NCBI GenBank assembly: GCA_963827275.1
Contig: CAWHAA010000009.1
Coordinates: forward strand, 96,001 to 160,000
Length of the DNA: 64,000 bases
Direction: 5' to 3'
Source: an uncultured Spirochaetota bacterium
Lineage (GTDB): Bacteria; Spirochaetota; UBA4802; UBA5550
This document shows, piece by piece, positions 9,281 through 19,076 of this stretch. Below the pieces are notes generated by a model. The model saw only the letters and a list, made by a program, of their open reading frames with translations. It searched no databases and was not told the origin of the DNA. Made by a program: the position numbers and the translations under genes. Each line of letters begins with the position of its first letter. Positions within the stretch are counted from its first letter, which is position 1.

Positions 9281-10429
9281 TCAGCGCTCCAATCCCGGCA
9301 ATGCCTTTTCGATAAAGCCGAATCCCGCTTCCCGTATCTGCGACTCATTTGTCTCAATGATGACGATGTCCCTGGAAAGGACGTCGCGTTCCCAGTTGAC
9401 CCCGTCCCTGTCGATCATGCCCTTGCGCTTGCCCGGATATGAGTAATCAGTGTTGAAGTAGTAATAAAAATTTATCCGTGAGCAGGTGTTGTTCATGTCA
9501 AGATAGTACAACATGTTCCAGCAGAAGCTGGACCCGACGAGCAGGATGTCGGGCCGGTAGGCCCCGCTCCCCGAATCGGGGCCGGTGACGGGGTACCGGT
9601 ACTCGGTGAAGAGTGACCTGGTGAAGAGGATGTTGCCGAGCCGCGCGACGTCCTTGTCGAGCTCAATGGGCTCGCCGCTTACGATCGTCTGCTTTGACTC
9701 GATGCGCACCAGCCTCCTGCCGAGAGCCTGCTCCATGCGGCCGATGAGCGCGGTTGCAAAGCGGTATCCCCCGTACAGGCTCCAGTGGGTCCCGCTGGAG
9801 GGGAAGAGGCCGGTTACCCCCTGCTTTTTCAGGTCGAGGAACTGCGCCCTCCCGTCAACGACATTGACGCCGTACCGCTTGAGTATCGGCATGATGAGCT
9901 GGTAGATGTCCTTTTTGGCAAGGTTGCCGCGGAGGATGTATTTTTCAGGTATGTATTCCGGGTAAACGGTGGCCTTGCTCGGCGTGAGCACCAGCAGGAA
10001 TTCGACATTGCGGCGCTTCAGGAGGTCCTGGAGCTTTTTTATTCCGGCCACCTTGTCCTCGAGGACACGCACGGGGGGCACGTCAAGCCTGTTGTAGACG
10101 TCGATATACTGCTCCTCGAACAGCTGCTTGTTTTTCCCGAGGATGATTTTACGGGGATGGCTCCGCGAAAATTCGTTGAACACAGAATAGTTGATCTGGT
10201 TGTCGGTCTTCACGAAGTAGCCCCTGAACCCGATGTTCTGCTTCAGCCATGTTTCGACCTTGTCCTGGAAGCGGCCGGTGACCAGGTCCCGGGGCGATGA
10301 AATTTCAGGCTGGGCTTTCTTCTCGGCGCCGCTCAGTATCATGTCCGGAAAGGGACGCAGATACGACTGGACCAGGACGATCGCGATGAAGATGTTTGCG
10401 GCTATGATGTATATGCGTTTGAGGTCCAT
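9281..10429 (-). CDS. AlgJ/AlgX-like SGNH O-acetyltransferase, periplasmic
   Basis: N-terminal TM helix, PSKATVYPE, GTHWS (DxHW variant), VGSSF; directly downstream of the MBOAT gene. Confidence 0.78.
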   Translation of the reverse strand: MDLKRIYIIAANIFIAIVLVQSYLRPFPDMILSGAEKKAQPEISSPRDLVTGRFQDKVETWLKQNIGFRGYFVKTDNQINYSVFNEFSRSHPRKIILGKNKQLFEEQYIDVYNRLDVPPVRVLEDKVAGIKKLQDLLKRRNVEFLLVLTPSKATVYPEYIPEKYILRGNLAKKDIYQLIMPILKRYGVNVVDGRAQFLDLKKQGVTGLFPSSGTHWSLYGGYRFATALIGRMEQALGRRLVRIESKQTIVSGEPIELDKDVARLGNILFTRSLFTEYRYPVTGPDSGSGAYRPDILLVGSSFCWNMLYYLDMNNTCSRINFYYYFNTDYSYPGKRKGMIDRDGVNWERDVLSRDIVIIETNESQIREAGFGFIEKALPGLER

Positions 10430-10431
10430 TG

Positions 10432-11868
10432 TCAAAACCTGAAATAGATAAATGGGCTGAAGCTGTTATTTATCAGCGATATGAGCGACAGCACGAACAG
10501 CAGGCACGCCGCCGAAATTTTCAGCCTGGACATGCCGCGATCGCTGAGGCGCGATTTCAGCGCGGCGCCGAGCCTGTCCGCCGCCGGCTGCGGGAAGAAG
10601 CTGATAAGGCCGCACACCATCAGGACGAAAAGCTCCCTGTTGCCGATGAGGTCAGACCAGAGCACCGTTGACGGTATCGCGCCGATTGCGGTGACATCGA
10701 ACATGCGGTGGATGTACAGCACGGCGCCCGTCAGCGTTTCGGAACGGAAGAACACGTACCCGACCATCAGGAGGACAAAGAACAGCGCCATGTTGACGGC
10801 TGCCGGGAGCCGCTTCATTTTTTCAACCAGGAAGAGCCTGTCGAGGAACATGAACAGGCCGTTATATATGCCCCATACGATAAAGGTCCAGTTCGCGCCG
10901 TGCCAGAGGCCTGACACGATGAAAACGATCCAGAGGTTGCGGTATGTTTTTAAATTGCCGGCCCTGTTGCCCCCGAGCGGGATGTACAGGTATTCCCGGA
11001 ACCAGTTGACCAGGGTGATGTGCCAGCGCTTCCAGTGCTCGGTGAAATTCAACGAATAGAAGGGCCGGTTGAAGTTTTCGGGAATGGTAAAGCCCAGCAT
11101 GCGGCCTATGCCTATCGCCATGTCGGAATACCCCGAAAAATCGAAATAGAGCTGGAAGCTGTAGCAGGCGATCCCGAGCCAGGCGTATCCGACGGTAAGT
11201 GAGGATAGCTCCATGCTGAAGATCGGGTTCGCCACGGCGCTCATCGGGTCGGCGAGGAGCACTTTTTTTGCCAGGCCGGTGAAGAAACGGATACTCCCCT
11301 CGTAAATGTCGTCAAGGGTGAAGGACGGTTTCGTGATCTGCTCCGCAATGGTATGGTAGCGGACGATCGGGCCCTGGGTCAGCTTGGGGAACATCGCGAG
11401 GTAGAGCGCATATTCGGTGAAGCTCCTGGCGGGCTCCACGCGGCCGTAGTAGATGTCCACCAGGTAGCTTATCTTGTGAAACGTGATAAACGAGATCCCC
11501 ACGGGAAAGATCACCGAGGTCCAGGGGATCGCCGCGAGGTCGAAGAATGTCAGCGTCCTGTTCAGCTCCCCGATGAAGAAGTTCATGTACTTGAAATAAA
11601 AGAGCACGGCGATATTCACGATGACCGAAGCGGCGAGCAGCGCTTGCCTGGCCCTCTGCCGGTCCGCGCCGTGGATCGCCTTCCCCAGGAGGAAGTCGAA
11701 GATGGTCCCGAGGAGAAGGACCGTCGCGCCGGTCGGGGATCCCCACAAATAAAAAGCGTAACTTGACGCCAGGAGGACCGGCACCCTGGCCTTCCCCGGG
11801 GCCAGGTAGAAAAGAATAAGCGCCAGCGGGAAGAAGTAGAAAAGGAATGTAATCGTACTGAAGCCCAT
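10432..11868 (-). CDS. MBOAT family O-acyltransferase (AlgI/PatA-like)
   Basis: PVGISFITF, GPIVRY, YFDFSGYSDMAIG, PENFNRPF, W.RWHITL, SGLWHGA, C-terminal PFIYFRF. Confidence 0.95.
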   Translation of the reverse strand: MGFSTITFLFYFFPLALILFYLAPGKARVPVLLASSYAFYLWGSPTGATVLLLGTIFDFLLGKAIHGADRQRARQALLAASVIVNIAVLFYFKYMNFFIGELNRTLTFFDLAAIPWTSVIFPVGISFITFHKISYLVDIYYGRVEPARSFTEYALYLAMFPKLTQGPIVRYHTIAEQITKPSFTLDDIYEGSIRFFTGLAKKVLLADPMSAVANPIFSMELSSLTVGYAWLGIACYSFQLYFDFSGYSDMAIGIGRMLGFTIPENFNRPFYSLNFTEHWKRWHITLVNWFREYLYIPLGGNRAGNLKTYRNLWIVFIVSGLWHGANWTFIVWGIYNGLFMFLDRLFLVEKMKRLPAAVNMALFFVLLMVGYVFFRSETLTGAVLYIHRMFDVTAIGAIPSTVLWSDLIGNRELFVLMVCGLISFFPQPAADRLGAALKSRLSDRGMSRLKISAACLLFVLSLISLINNSFSPFIYFRF

Positions 11869-11898
11869 GTTCTCTGGTGTCCCCTCTCCGCGGTCGCG

Positions 11899-12570
11899 CT
11901 ATGCTTCGTTCTTCTTCTTTTCGATATTGCCGCTTATGTGCTCCACGAGGGAATCGATGCCTTCTCCCGTCTTTGCGCTCACGTGGAACACCCTGATCTT
12001 CGGGTTGACCTTCTTTAAATTGGCCATCATCTCCTCTACGCTGTAGTCGAGGTGCGGCAGGAGGTCGATCTTGTTCAGCACCATGGTGTCGGAGGTGTTG
12101 AACATGAGCGGGTATTTCGCCGGCTTGTCCTCGCCCTCGGTGACGCTGAGCACCACGATGCGCTCGTCGTCGCCCAGCTGGAATTCGGCGGGGCATACCA
12201 GGTTCCCGATGTTCTCGATGATGACCAGGTCAAGCGTGTCCAGGTCGAACTGCTCGAGGCATCGCTTGATCCAGGAGCTTTCGAGGTGGCAGTCGCCGCC
12301 GAAACGGTCGGTCTCGATCTGGAAGATGGGTATGTTGTGCTTCGCAAGGCGCTCGGCGTCCTTGGTGGTCTTGATGTCGCCTTCTATGACCGCGATCCGG
12401 TATTTTTTCTTGAGTGCCCCGATCAGCCGGTCGCTCAGCGCGGTCTTGCCGGACCCGGGCGAGCTCATCATGTCGATCATGTATATTTTTTTTTCCCTGA
12501 GGAGCGACCTGACTTCGGCGGCGGCATTTTTATTCAATTCAAGTATGTCTTTCAGTATCTTGATTTCCAT
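11899..12570 (-). CDS. hypB: Hydrogenase nickel incorporation GTPase HypB
   Basis: SSPGSGKT, IEGD, CHL, ENIGNLVCPA, EGEDKPAKYP, NKIDL. Confidence 0.96.
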   Translation of the reverse strand: MEIKILKDILELNKNAAAEVRSLLREKKIYMIDMMSSPGSGKTALSDRLIGALKKKYRIAVIEGDIKTTKDAERLAKHNIPIFQIETDRFGGDCHLESSWIKRCLEQFDLDTLDLVIIENIGNLVCPAEFQLGDDERIVVLSVTEGEDKPAKYPLMFNTSDTMVLNKIDLLPHLDYSVEEMMANLKKVNPKIRVFHVSAKTGEGIDSLVEHISGNIEKKKNEA

Positions 12571-12750
12571 GTAGAGGCTCCTGTTGCATCCGGACGCTTG
12601 ATCGTATCATTTGTATAAATGCGTGCAAAACTGTCCATAATTTTTTTAATCCGCACCCCTTCCCGGCGGGCTGAACCCCCTGTAAAAATGTATTGACGAA
12701 ATATCAATCACGCGGAGTACCATTTGTTACTTTAACATCGGAAAGCCTGC

Positions 12751-13668
12751 ATGAAAAAACTGATAGTGACCTCCCTCCTCGTATCCGGCGCAGTATTTTA
12801 CAGCGCCGGGGCCGGATATGCCGCCTCGAAAGCTGCCGGGCCGGAGCGCGCCGCCCAGCCTGCGGCCGGCGCCCGGGCGGAGAAGACGGGACCGGCCGAC
12901 CAGGGGCCGGCGACCGGGGATGATGCCGCGGAGTGGATGGACCCCGACAGCGAAAAGAGCGCCGGCCTGGAGAGGAAGAGTGACGGCGAGGCCGACCCGG
13001 CGCCCTCCCGGAAGGAATACGTCTCAATCAGAAAAAAACGGAAGCCGTTTGAATTCCACATGGGCTTCAGCCTCGGTGCGCAGGGATACGGGGCCTTCGG
13101 TCCCCGGCGCGCGGTCACCGAACGGTACCGGTACCGCTATGAAAAAGGCTCGTTCAACCTGGGGTTCCGCGGCGGGGTAGAGGCGTATTTTTTCATCATG
13201 AAGCGGCATTGCCTCTCGGCCGGCTTCTTTTATGAACAGCGGAAAATCCAGGTCAAGATCGTCGACCTTGCGCTGATGGCCGCTGTCCTGAACGGGGTGC
13301 CGCCGGCGCTCCTCTACTTCATGCCGCTGGAGCAGCGGATCGACAAATCGAACATCGATACGAATTACTTCGCGTTTCCGATTGCGTACCGCTTTTATAT
13401 CCTGGACGAATTTTATACCGGCCTGAGCCTTGATCTTGCCGTCCCGTTCCAGGCGCGGGCGCGCTACGGCATCACCTTTTACGGCAGGAAGATGGATTTC
13501 AGGAAGGTGCTGCGGCCGGTGGATTTCGGGGGCAGGCTGCTGTTCGGCTTCACCATGAACCGCGTTTTTCTCGAGATCGGCATCGGCTGCGGATTTATTG
13601 ACCTTGACCGGATTGAAGGCGAACGTCATCCCCTCAGTCTCACCGGCATGATGGGATACAGGATTTGA
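12751..13668 (+). CDS. Secreted/outer-membrane beta-barrel protein (PorT-like)
   Basis: Signal peptide, Ala/Pro-rich linker, alternating aromatic beta-strands, terminal MGYRI. Confidence 0.6.
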   Translation: MKKLIVTSLLVSGAVFYSAGAGYAASKAAGPERAAQPAAGARAEKTGPADQGPATGDDAAEWMDPDSEKSAGLERKSDGEADPAPSRKEYVSIRKKRKPFEFHMGFSLGAQGYGAFGPRRAVTERYRYRYEKGSFNLGFRGGVEAYFFIMKRHCLSAGFFYEQRKIQVKIVDLALMAAVLNGVPPALLYFMPLEQRIDKSNIDTNYFAFPIAYRFYILDEFYTGLSLDLAVPFQARARYGITFYGRKMDFRKVLRPVDFGGRLLFGFTMNRVFLEIGIGCGFIDLDRIEGERHPLSLTGMMGYRI

Positions 13669-13759
13669 GCGCCCGTTTTCATGCCGTCATGATAATCTTC
13701 ATCTGCGGGCGGGACACGGGCCGGCTGACCATCTCCCGGCCGCCGCATTCGTAACAACA

Positions 13760-16042
13760 ATGAAAAAGTCGATTGATATCAGGATAAAAGGCATTGTGCA
13801 GGGGGTCGGGTTCCGCCCCTTCGTGTATAACCATGCCCTGGCCCACAAGATACGCGGGAGCGTGCTCAACGACACGGAGGGGGTTATTATCCATGCCGAG
13901 GGGGAGCCGGCGGACGCTGGAGCGTTTCCTGGAAACTCTGCCGCAGGCGGCGCCGCCGCTGGCGATGATCATGTCGGTCCGGGAGACCGAATCGGCCGTC
14001 ACCGGATGCGACGGCTTTTCCATCGGGCCGAGCAGGATATCCGCGCGAGCGTCTCGCGTTCTACTCGCCCGATGTGGCCGTGTGCGACAGCTGCCTGGCG
14101 GAGTTCTTTGACCCGGCGGACCGCAGGCACCATTATCCCTTCATTACCTGCATCAACTGCGGGCCGCGCTTCAGCATCGTGCGCGATATCCCCTATGACC
14201 GGGCCAACACCTCGATGGACCCGTTTCCGATGTGCGACCGGTGCAGGGCGGAATACGGCGACCACGCGGACCGGCGCTTTCATTCCCAGCCCAACGCCTG
14301 CCCGGTGTGCGGGCCCCGCATATCGCTCTATACCGCCGCGGGGGACCCGGTCACCTCGGATTCCGAGTACCGCGGCGCGGATGACCGTTGACCTTCTGAA
14401 ACAGGGGGCCATCATTGCCATCAAGGGTATCGGCGGGTACCACCTTGCCGTGGACGCGCGGAATGACGCGCGCCGTCATTGAGCTCCGGAAGAGGAAAAC
14501 GGCGGCCTTTCAAGCCCTTCGCCGTCATGGCCGGGAGCATCGACGAGGCGGAGCGCTTCCTCGAAATCGGCCCTGCCGAGCGCGACCTCCTTCTCTCGCA
14601 AGGAGCGGCCCATCGTGCTCATGAGAGAGACGCGCGCCGGCCCTGAGCCGGCAGGTGGCGCCGGGCCTGACCTACACCGGGCTGATGCTGCCCTGTACGC
14701 CCGTTCCAGCACCACCTCTTTTCACTTGATCCCGCCATGGTGCTGGTCATGACCAGCGGCAACGTGTCGGATGAGCCGATCGAGTACCGCGACGACACCG
14801 TGTTCGAGCGGCTCGGACGCATCGCCGATTACTTCGTCACCTATAACCGGGAGATCATAGGGCAGGGCGACGACAGCGTCCTGTACGTGGTGGACGAACA
14901 GCCGTTTTTCATCCGCCGGTCGCGCGGGCTACATCCCGGTCCCCTTCCTCTCCGGCGAAACGCGCCCGCCCATCCTCGCCGCGGGCGGCGATCTGAAGAA
15001 CAGCTTCGCCGTGGCGCGCGCGGAGCTTCATCATCATGAGCCAGTACCTGGGCGACATGGCTGACCCGCTCACCTACGAGGTTTTCAGCGAAGACGGTGG
15101 ACCACTTTATCAGAATGTTCGACGCGGACCCGGAGGTGGTCGTGTCGGACATGCACCCGGCGTACCTCACCCGGCAGTACGCGGAGGAGCTGGCGGCGGG
15201 GGGCAAGCGCCTGATCGAGGTCCAGCACCATCACGCGCACATCGCCTCGGTCATGGAGGAGCACGGCCTGGACGGCCCGGTCATCGGCATCGCCTTTGAC
15301 GGCACCGGCTACGGCACGGACGGGACCCTCTGGGGGAGCGAATTCCTGGTCGCCGGCCGCGGCGGGTTCGAGCGGGCCGCCCACTTCTCGGATTTTCCCC
15401 TCCCCGGCGGCGAGAGCGCCATACAGGACGTGTGGAAGATCGGCCTCTCGCTGCTGTATCAGCGATACGGCGAAGCACTACCCGGTCATGGAGCGTGACG
15501 ACGCGTCCGCCGGCGTTATCGAGATTATAAAGAAGAAGATCAACTCCCCCTTGACCTGCAGTATCGGGCGGATATTCGACGGCGTTGCGGCCATCCTTGG
15601 CCTGTCCCGCTCCGTAAGCGCGGAGGCGGAGGCGGCCCAGCTCCTGGAGGAGGCGGCCATGCGGGGCAGGGCCCCGGAGCGCACGTATATCATCCCCTTT
15701 GCCGATGACGGGCACGATAGTTATCGGTACCGAGGACCTGGTCGGGTACGTCGTGTCCCTGCGTGAACGGGGCGTGCAGCGTCGAGGATGTCGCCGCGGC
15801 GTTTCACCAGGCGATCATCCATACCTCCGTGGCGGTGGCCCGCCGCTTAAGGGATAAAGACCGGCATTACGTCTGTTGCGCTGAGCGGCGGGGTATTTCA
15901 TAACAGGCTCCTTCTGTCGGGCATGATGCGCCTCCTCGGTGAGGCCGGTTTTACTGTTTATACCCATCGGGCCGTTCCCTGCAATGACGGCTGCATCGCC
16001 CTCGGGCAGGTCGTGGTGGCTAAAGATCTCTTAAATAGATAG
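13760..16042 (+). pseudogene. hypF: Carbamoyltransferase HypF, broken by many frameshifts (probably sequencing error)
   Basis: Fragments in successive frames: GIVQGVGFRPF (acylphosphatase), [28 protein letters not shown] zinc fingers, KGIGGYHL, VMTSGN, QHHHAH, FDGTGYG, LSGGVF, PCNDGCIALGQ. Confidence 0.9.
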
Positions 16043-16360
16043 AATTATGATATGATGATCTGCTCTGACCCTATACCTGATAAATTATTCAATTATTAAA
16101 ATTTGTAGATATATTTGTTGCTTTATCCGGGTGTTCATCCTGTAAAATTTTGATTATGATTAAAAAATTATCTTGTTTTTTTATGGTCTTCATTTGAAAT
16201 ATCCCAAAAAACAGTGATGAATAATAACAATATTTAGTATAACAAAATATACTATAGCAATAAATAGTTATTCATTAAAACTGCTTAAAATTATACCAAT
16301 ATCTCAAGTGAATACTTTTTAAACTAACAAAGAATAGTTTATAAACCAAGGAGTAAGCCA

Positions 16361-19063
16361 ATGGATGAAATCCAGCTAACCATTGACGGTAAGCAGGTGA
16401 CCGGCAAAAAGGGCCAAACCATACTGGAGATTGCCAGAGAAAATAATATCGATATTCCATACCTGTGTTATCATCCGAGAATCAGCAAGACCGGCGCCTG
16501 CCGTATCTGCATAGTGCGTATAAACGAAGCGGCGCTCAAGACTTCCTGCACGGAACCTGCAACCAACGGTATGATCGTCGACACTGATGATGAAGAAATC
16601 CGGGACTTGCGCAGGAGTCTTCTCGGAATGCTTCTTGCCGAAGGTGATCACAATTGCCTCTATTGCGAGTGGAACGGTGAGTGCGAGTTACAGCGCCTGT
16701 GCCACCGCTATGATGTGCCCGAGCCGGCCGGGAACGTGCCGCGCAGGCAGCGGGCCGTCGATACGGTAACCAGCAAGGGCCTCCGCCGGAATGAAAACAG
16801 ATGTGTCCTCTGCGGACGCTGCGTTAAGGCGTGCGGTGAAATCCAGATGAACAGCGTGTGGAACTTTACGGGCAGGGGATCGACGACCACGCTGACATCG
16901 GACATGTTCGCGAACCTCGGCGATTCCAGCTGTGTCATGTGCGGCACCTGCGTACAGCTCTGCCCCACGGGCGCGCTTTCCTTCCAGCCCGTTCTGGGGA
17001 GGGGGCAGGCATGGGAATTGAAGAAAGAAACGAGCGTGTGCATCTACTGCGGCGTCGGGTGCCAGATCGACTTCTATACCAACAAGGAAGGGCAGCTCGT
17101 AAAGGCGATCGGCAATGAAAATGGCCCCAATAAAGGGCATCTTTGCATCAAGGGCCGCTTCGGCTTTGATTTCGTGCAGAGCGACAAGCGTCTCACAAAG
17201 CCGCTGATAAAGAAAAACGGAACATTCGAGGAGGCGAGCTGGGACGAAGCGCTCGGCCTGGTCGCCTCGAAACTTTCAGAGATAAAATCGAAGAGCGGCC
17301 CCGATTCAATCATGGCCTTCTCTTCAGCGAAGTGTACCAATGAAGAAAACTACCTGATGCAGAAATTCATGAGGGCGGTGATCGGGACAAACAACGTCGA
17401 TCACTGCGCCCGATTGTGACACAGCTCCACTGTCGCCGGTCTGGCGGCCACGCTCGGTTCAGGAGCAATGACGAATTCAATCAGGGAAATCCCGGTTTCT
17501 GAAGCGTTCCTCGTCATCGGGTCCAATACAACGGAAAACCATCCGGTGATAGGGTCCATGATAAAGAGGGAAGTCATCCTCAACAAGAAGAAGCTTGTTG
17601 TCGTTGATCCGAGAAAAATTGAATTGGCAAAATACGCCGATGTATTCCTGCAGATCAAGCCGGGAACCAATATAGCCATCCTTAACGGGCTGGCGCATGT
17701 GATCCTTAAAGAAAACCTTTACGACGCGGAATATGTCGCGGGCCGGTGCGAGGGTTTCGAGGATCTGAAAAAGACGCTTGAGAAATATACCCCCGAGCAC
17801 GTTGCCGGGATCTGCGGCATCGATGATCCCTCGCTGATCGTAAAGGCCGCGAGGATCCTCGCGGCAGCGAAGCCGATGGCCCTCTACTACTGCATGGGGA
17901 TAACGCAGTTTAAATCCGGCGTCAACGGCGTCAAATGCTGCGCCAACCTCCAGATGCTCCTCGGGAACATCGGTGTCGCGGGAGGCGGCGTCAACCCGCT
18001 CCGCGGCCAGAGCAACGTGCAGGGCGCCTGCGACATGGGCGCGCTCAACGCGGTGTACCCCGCCTACCAGCCGGTAGGGAACGCGGACAACATGGCAAAA
18101 TTCAAGAATGCGTGGAAGGCCGCCTTCGACCTGTCCATGAAGCCCGGCCTTACCATCGTCGAGTCGCTGAACGGCGCCATCGCCGGTGACGTGAAGGCCC
18201 TTTACGTGCTGGGTGAAAATCCGGTCATGTCCGATCCGAACCAGCACCATGTGATCGAAGCGCTTGAAAAGCTGGATTTCGTGGTGGTGCAGGACATCGT
18301 GATGACCGAAACCGCCCAGTACGCCGACGTGGTCCTTCCCGGTTTTGCGTTCCTGGAAAAGGAAGGGACGGTCAGCAATACCGAGCGGCGCGTGCAGATG
18401 ATGCACCGGGTGGTCGCGCCGGCGGGCGATTCGCGCGATGACTGGTGGATACTGACGGAGATCGCGAAAAAAATGGGCGCGCCGTGGGACTACAAGTCCG
18501 CCAGGGAAATATTCGAGGAGGTGCGCGCCGTGACGCCGTCGTACGCGGGCATCACCTACGAGCGCCTGGAAAAGGAGCTCATACAGTGGCCCTGCCCCAA
18601 CGAGAGCCACCCGGGTACGCAGTTCCTCCACAGGGAGAAATTCTCCCGCGGGCTCGGCCTGATGAGCCCCATAGAATACACTCCGCCTGCCGAGGAAGTC
18701 GATCCCGATTATCCCGTGATACTGACCACGGGCCGGATCCTGGAGCATTTCCACACCGGCACCATGAGCAGGAACTCGCGCATACTGGTTGAGACCGTGA
18801 ACGAGAACTACGTCGAGCTCAACCCGAACGACGCGAGCAATTACAACATCAAGGACGGTGAGCTTGTAGCGGTATCAACACGGAGGGGCAGCATACGGGT
18901 CAAGGCACGGGTAAGCGACCGGCCGAAGGCCAATGTGGCGTTTGTTCCCTTCCATTTTGTCGAGGCAGCGGCAAACAAGCTGACGATTGACGCCCTCGAT
19001 CCGACATGCAAGATACCTGAATACAAGGTCTGTGCGTGTAAAATCGAAAAGGTCACCATCTAG
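16361..19063 (+). CDS. fdhF: Selenocysteine-containing formate dehydrogenase alpha subunit, cytoplasmic (900 aa by UGA read-through)
   Basis: ORFs 16361-17419 and 17468-19063 are in the same frame, joined through DHCARL-TGA-HSSTVAGL. N-terminal 2Fe-2S and 4Fe-4S motifs, CIYCGVGC, PLRGQSNVQG, C-terminal molybdopterin-binding domain; no Tat signal. Confidence 0.95.
17417..17452 (+). promoter_or_regulatory. Sec UGA codon plus bacterial SECIS hairpin
   Basis: TGA at 17417-17419; stem GTCGCC(17432-37)/GGCGGC(17443-48) with GGTCT loop, resembling the E. coli fdhF SECIS apical loop. Confidence 0.85.
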
Positions 19064-19076
19064 GCGGGGTAATGAA

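Noticed and set aside
16043..16360. Rex, ModE or NikR boxes upstream of fdh
   Set aside because: AT-rich, but I found no convincing match to the consensus palindromes by eye.
17477..18754. Long antisense ORFs (also 26486-27769, 35870-37153, 45296-46534 and many others)
   Set aside because: Shadow frames of well-supported GC-rich genes; no recognisable motifs.
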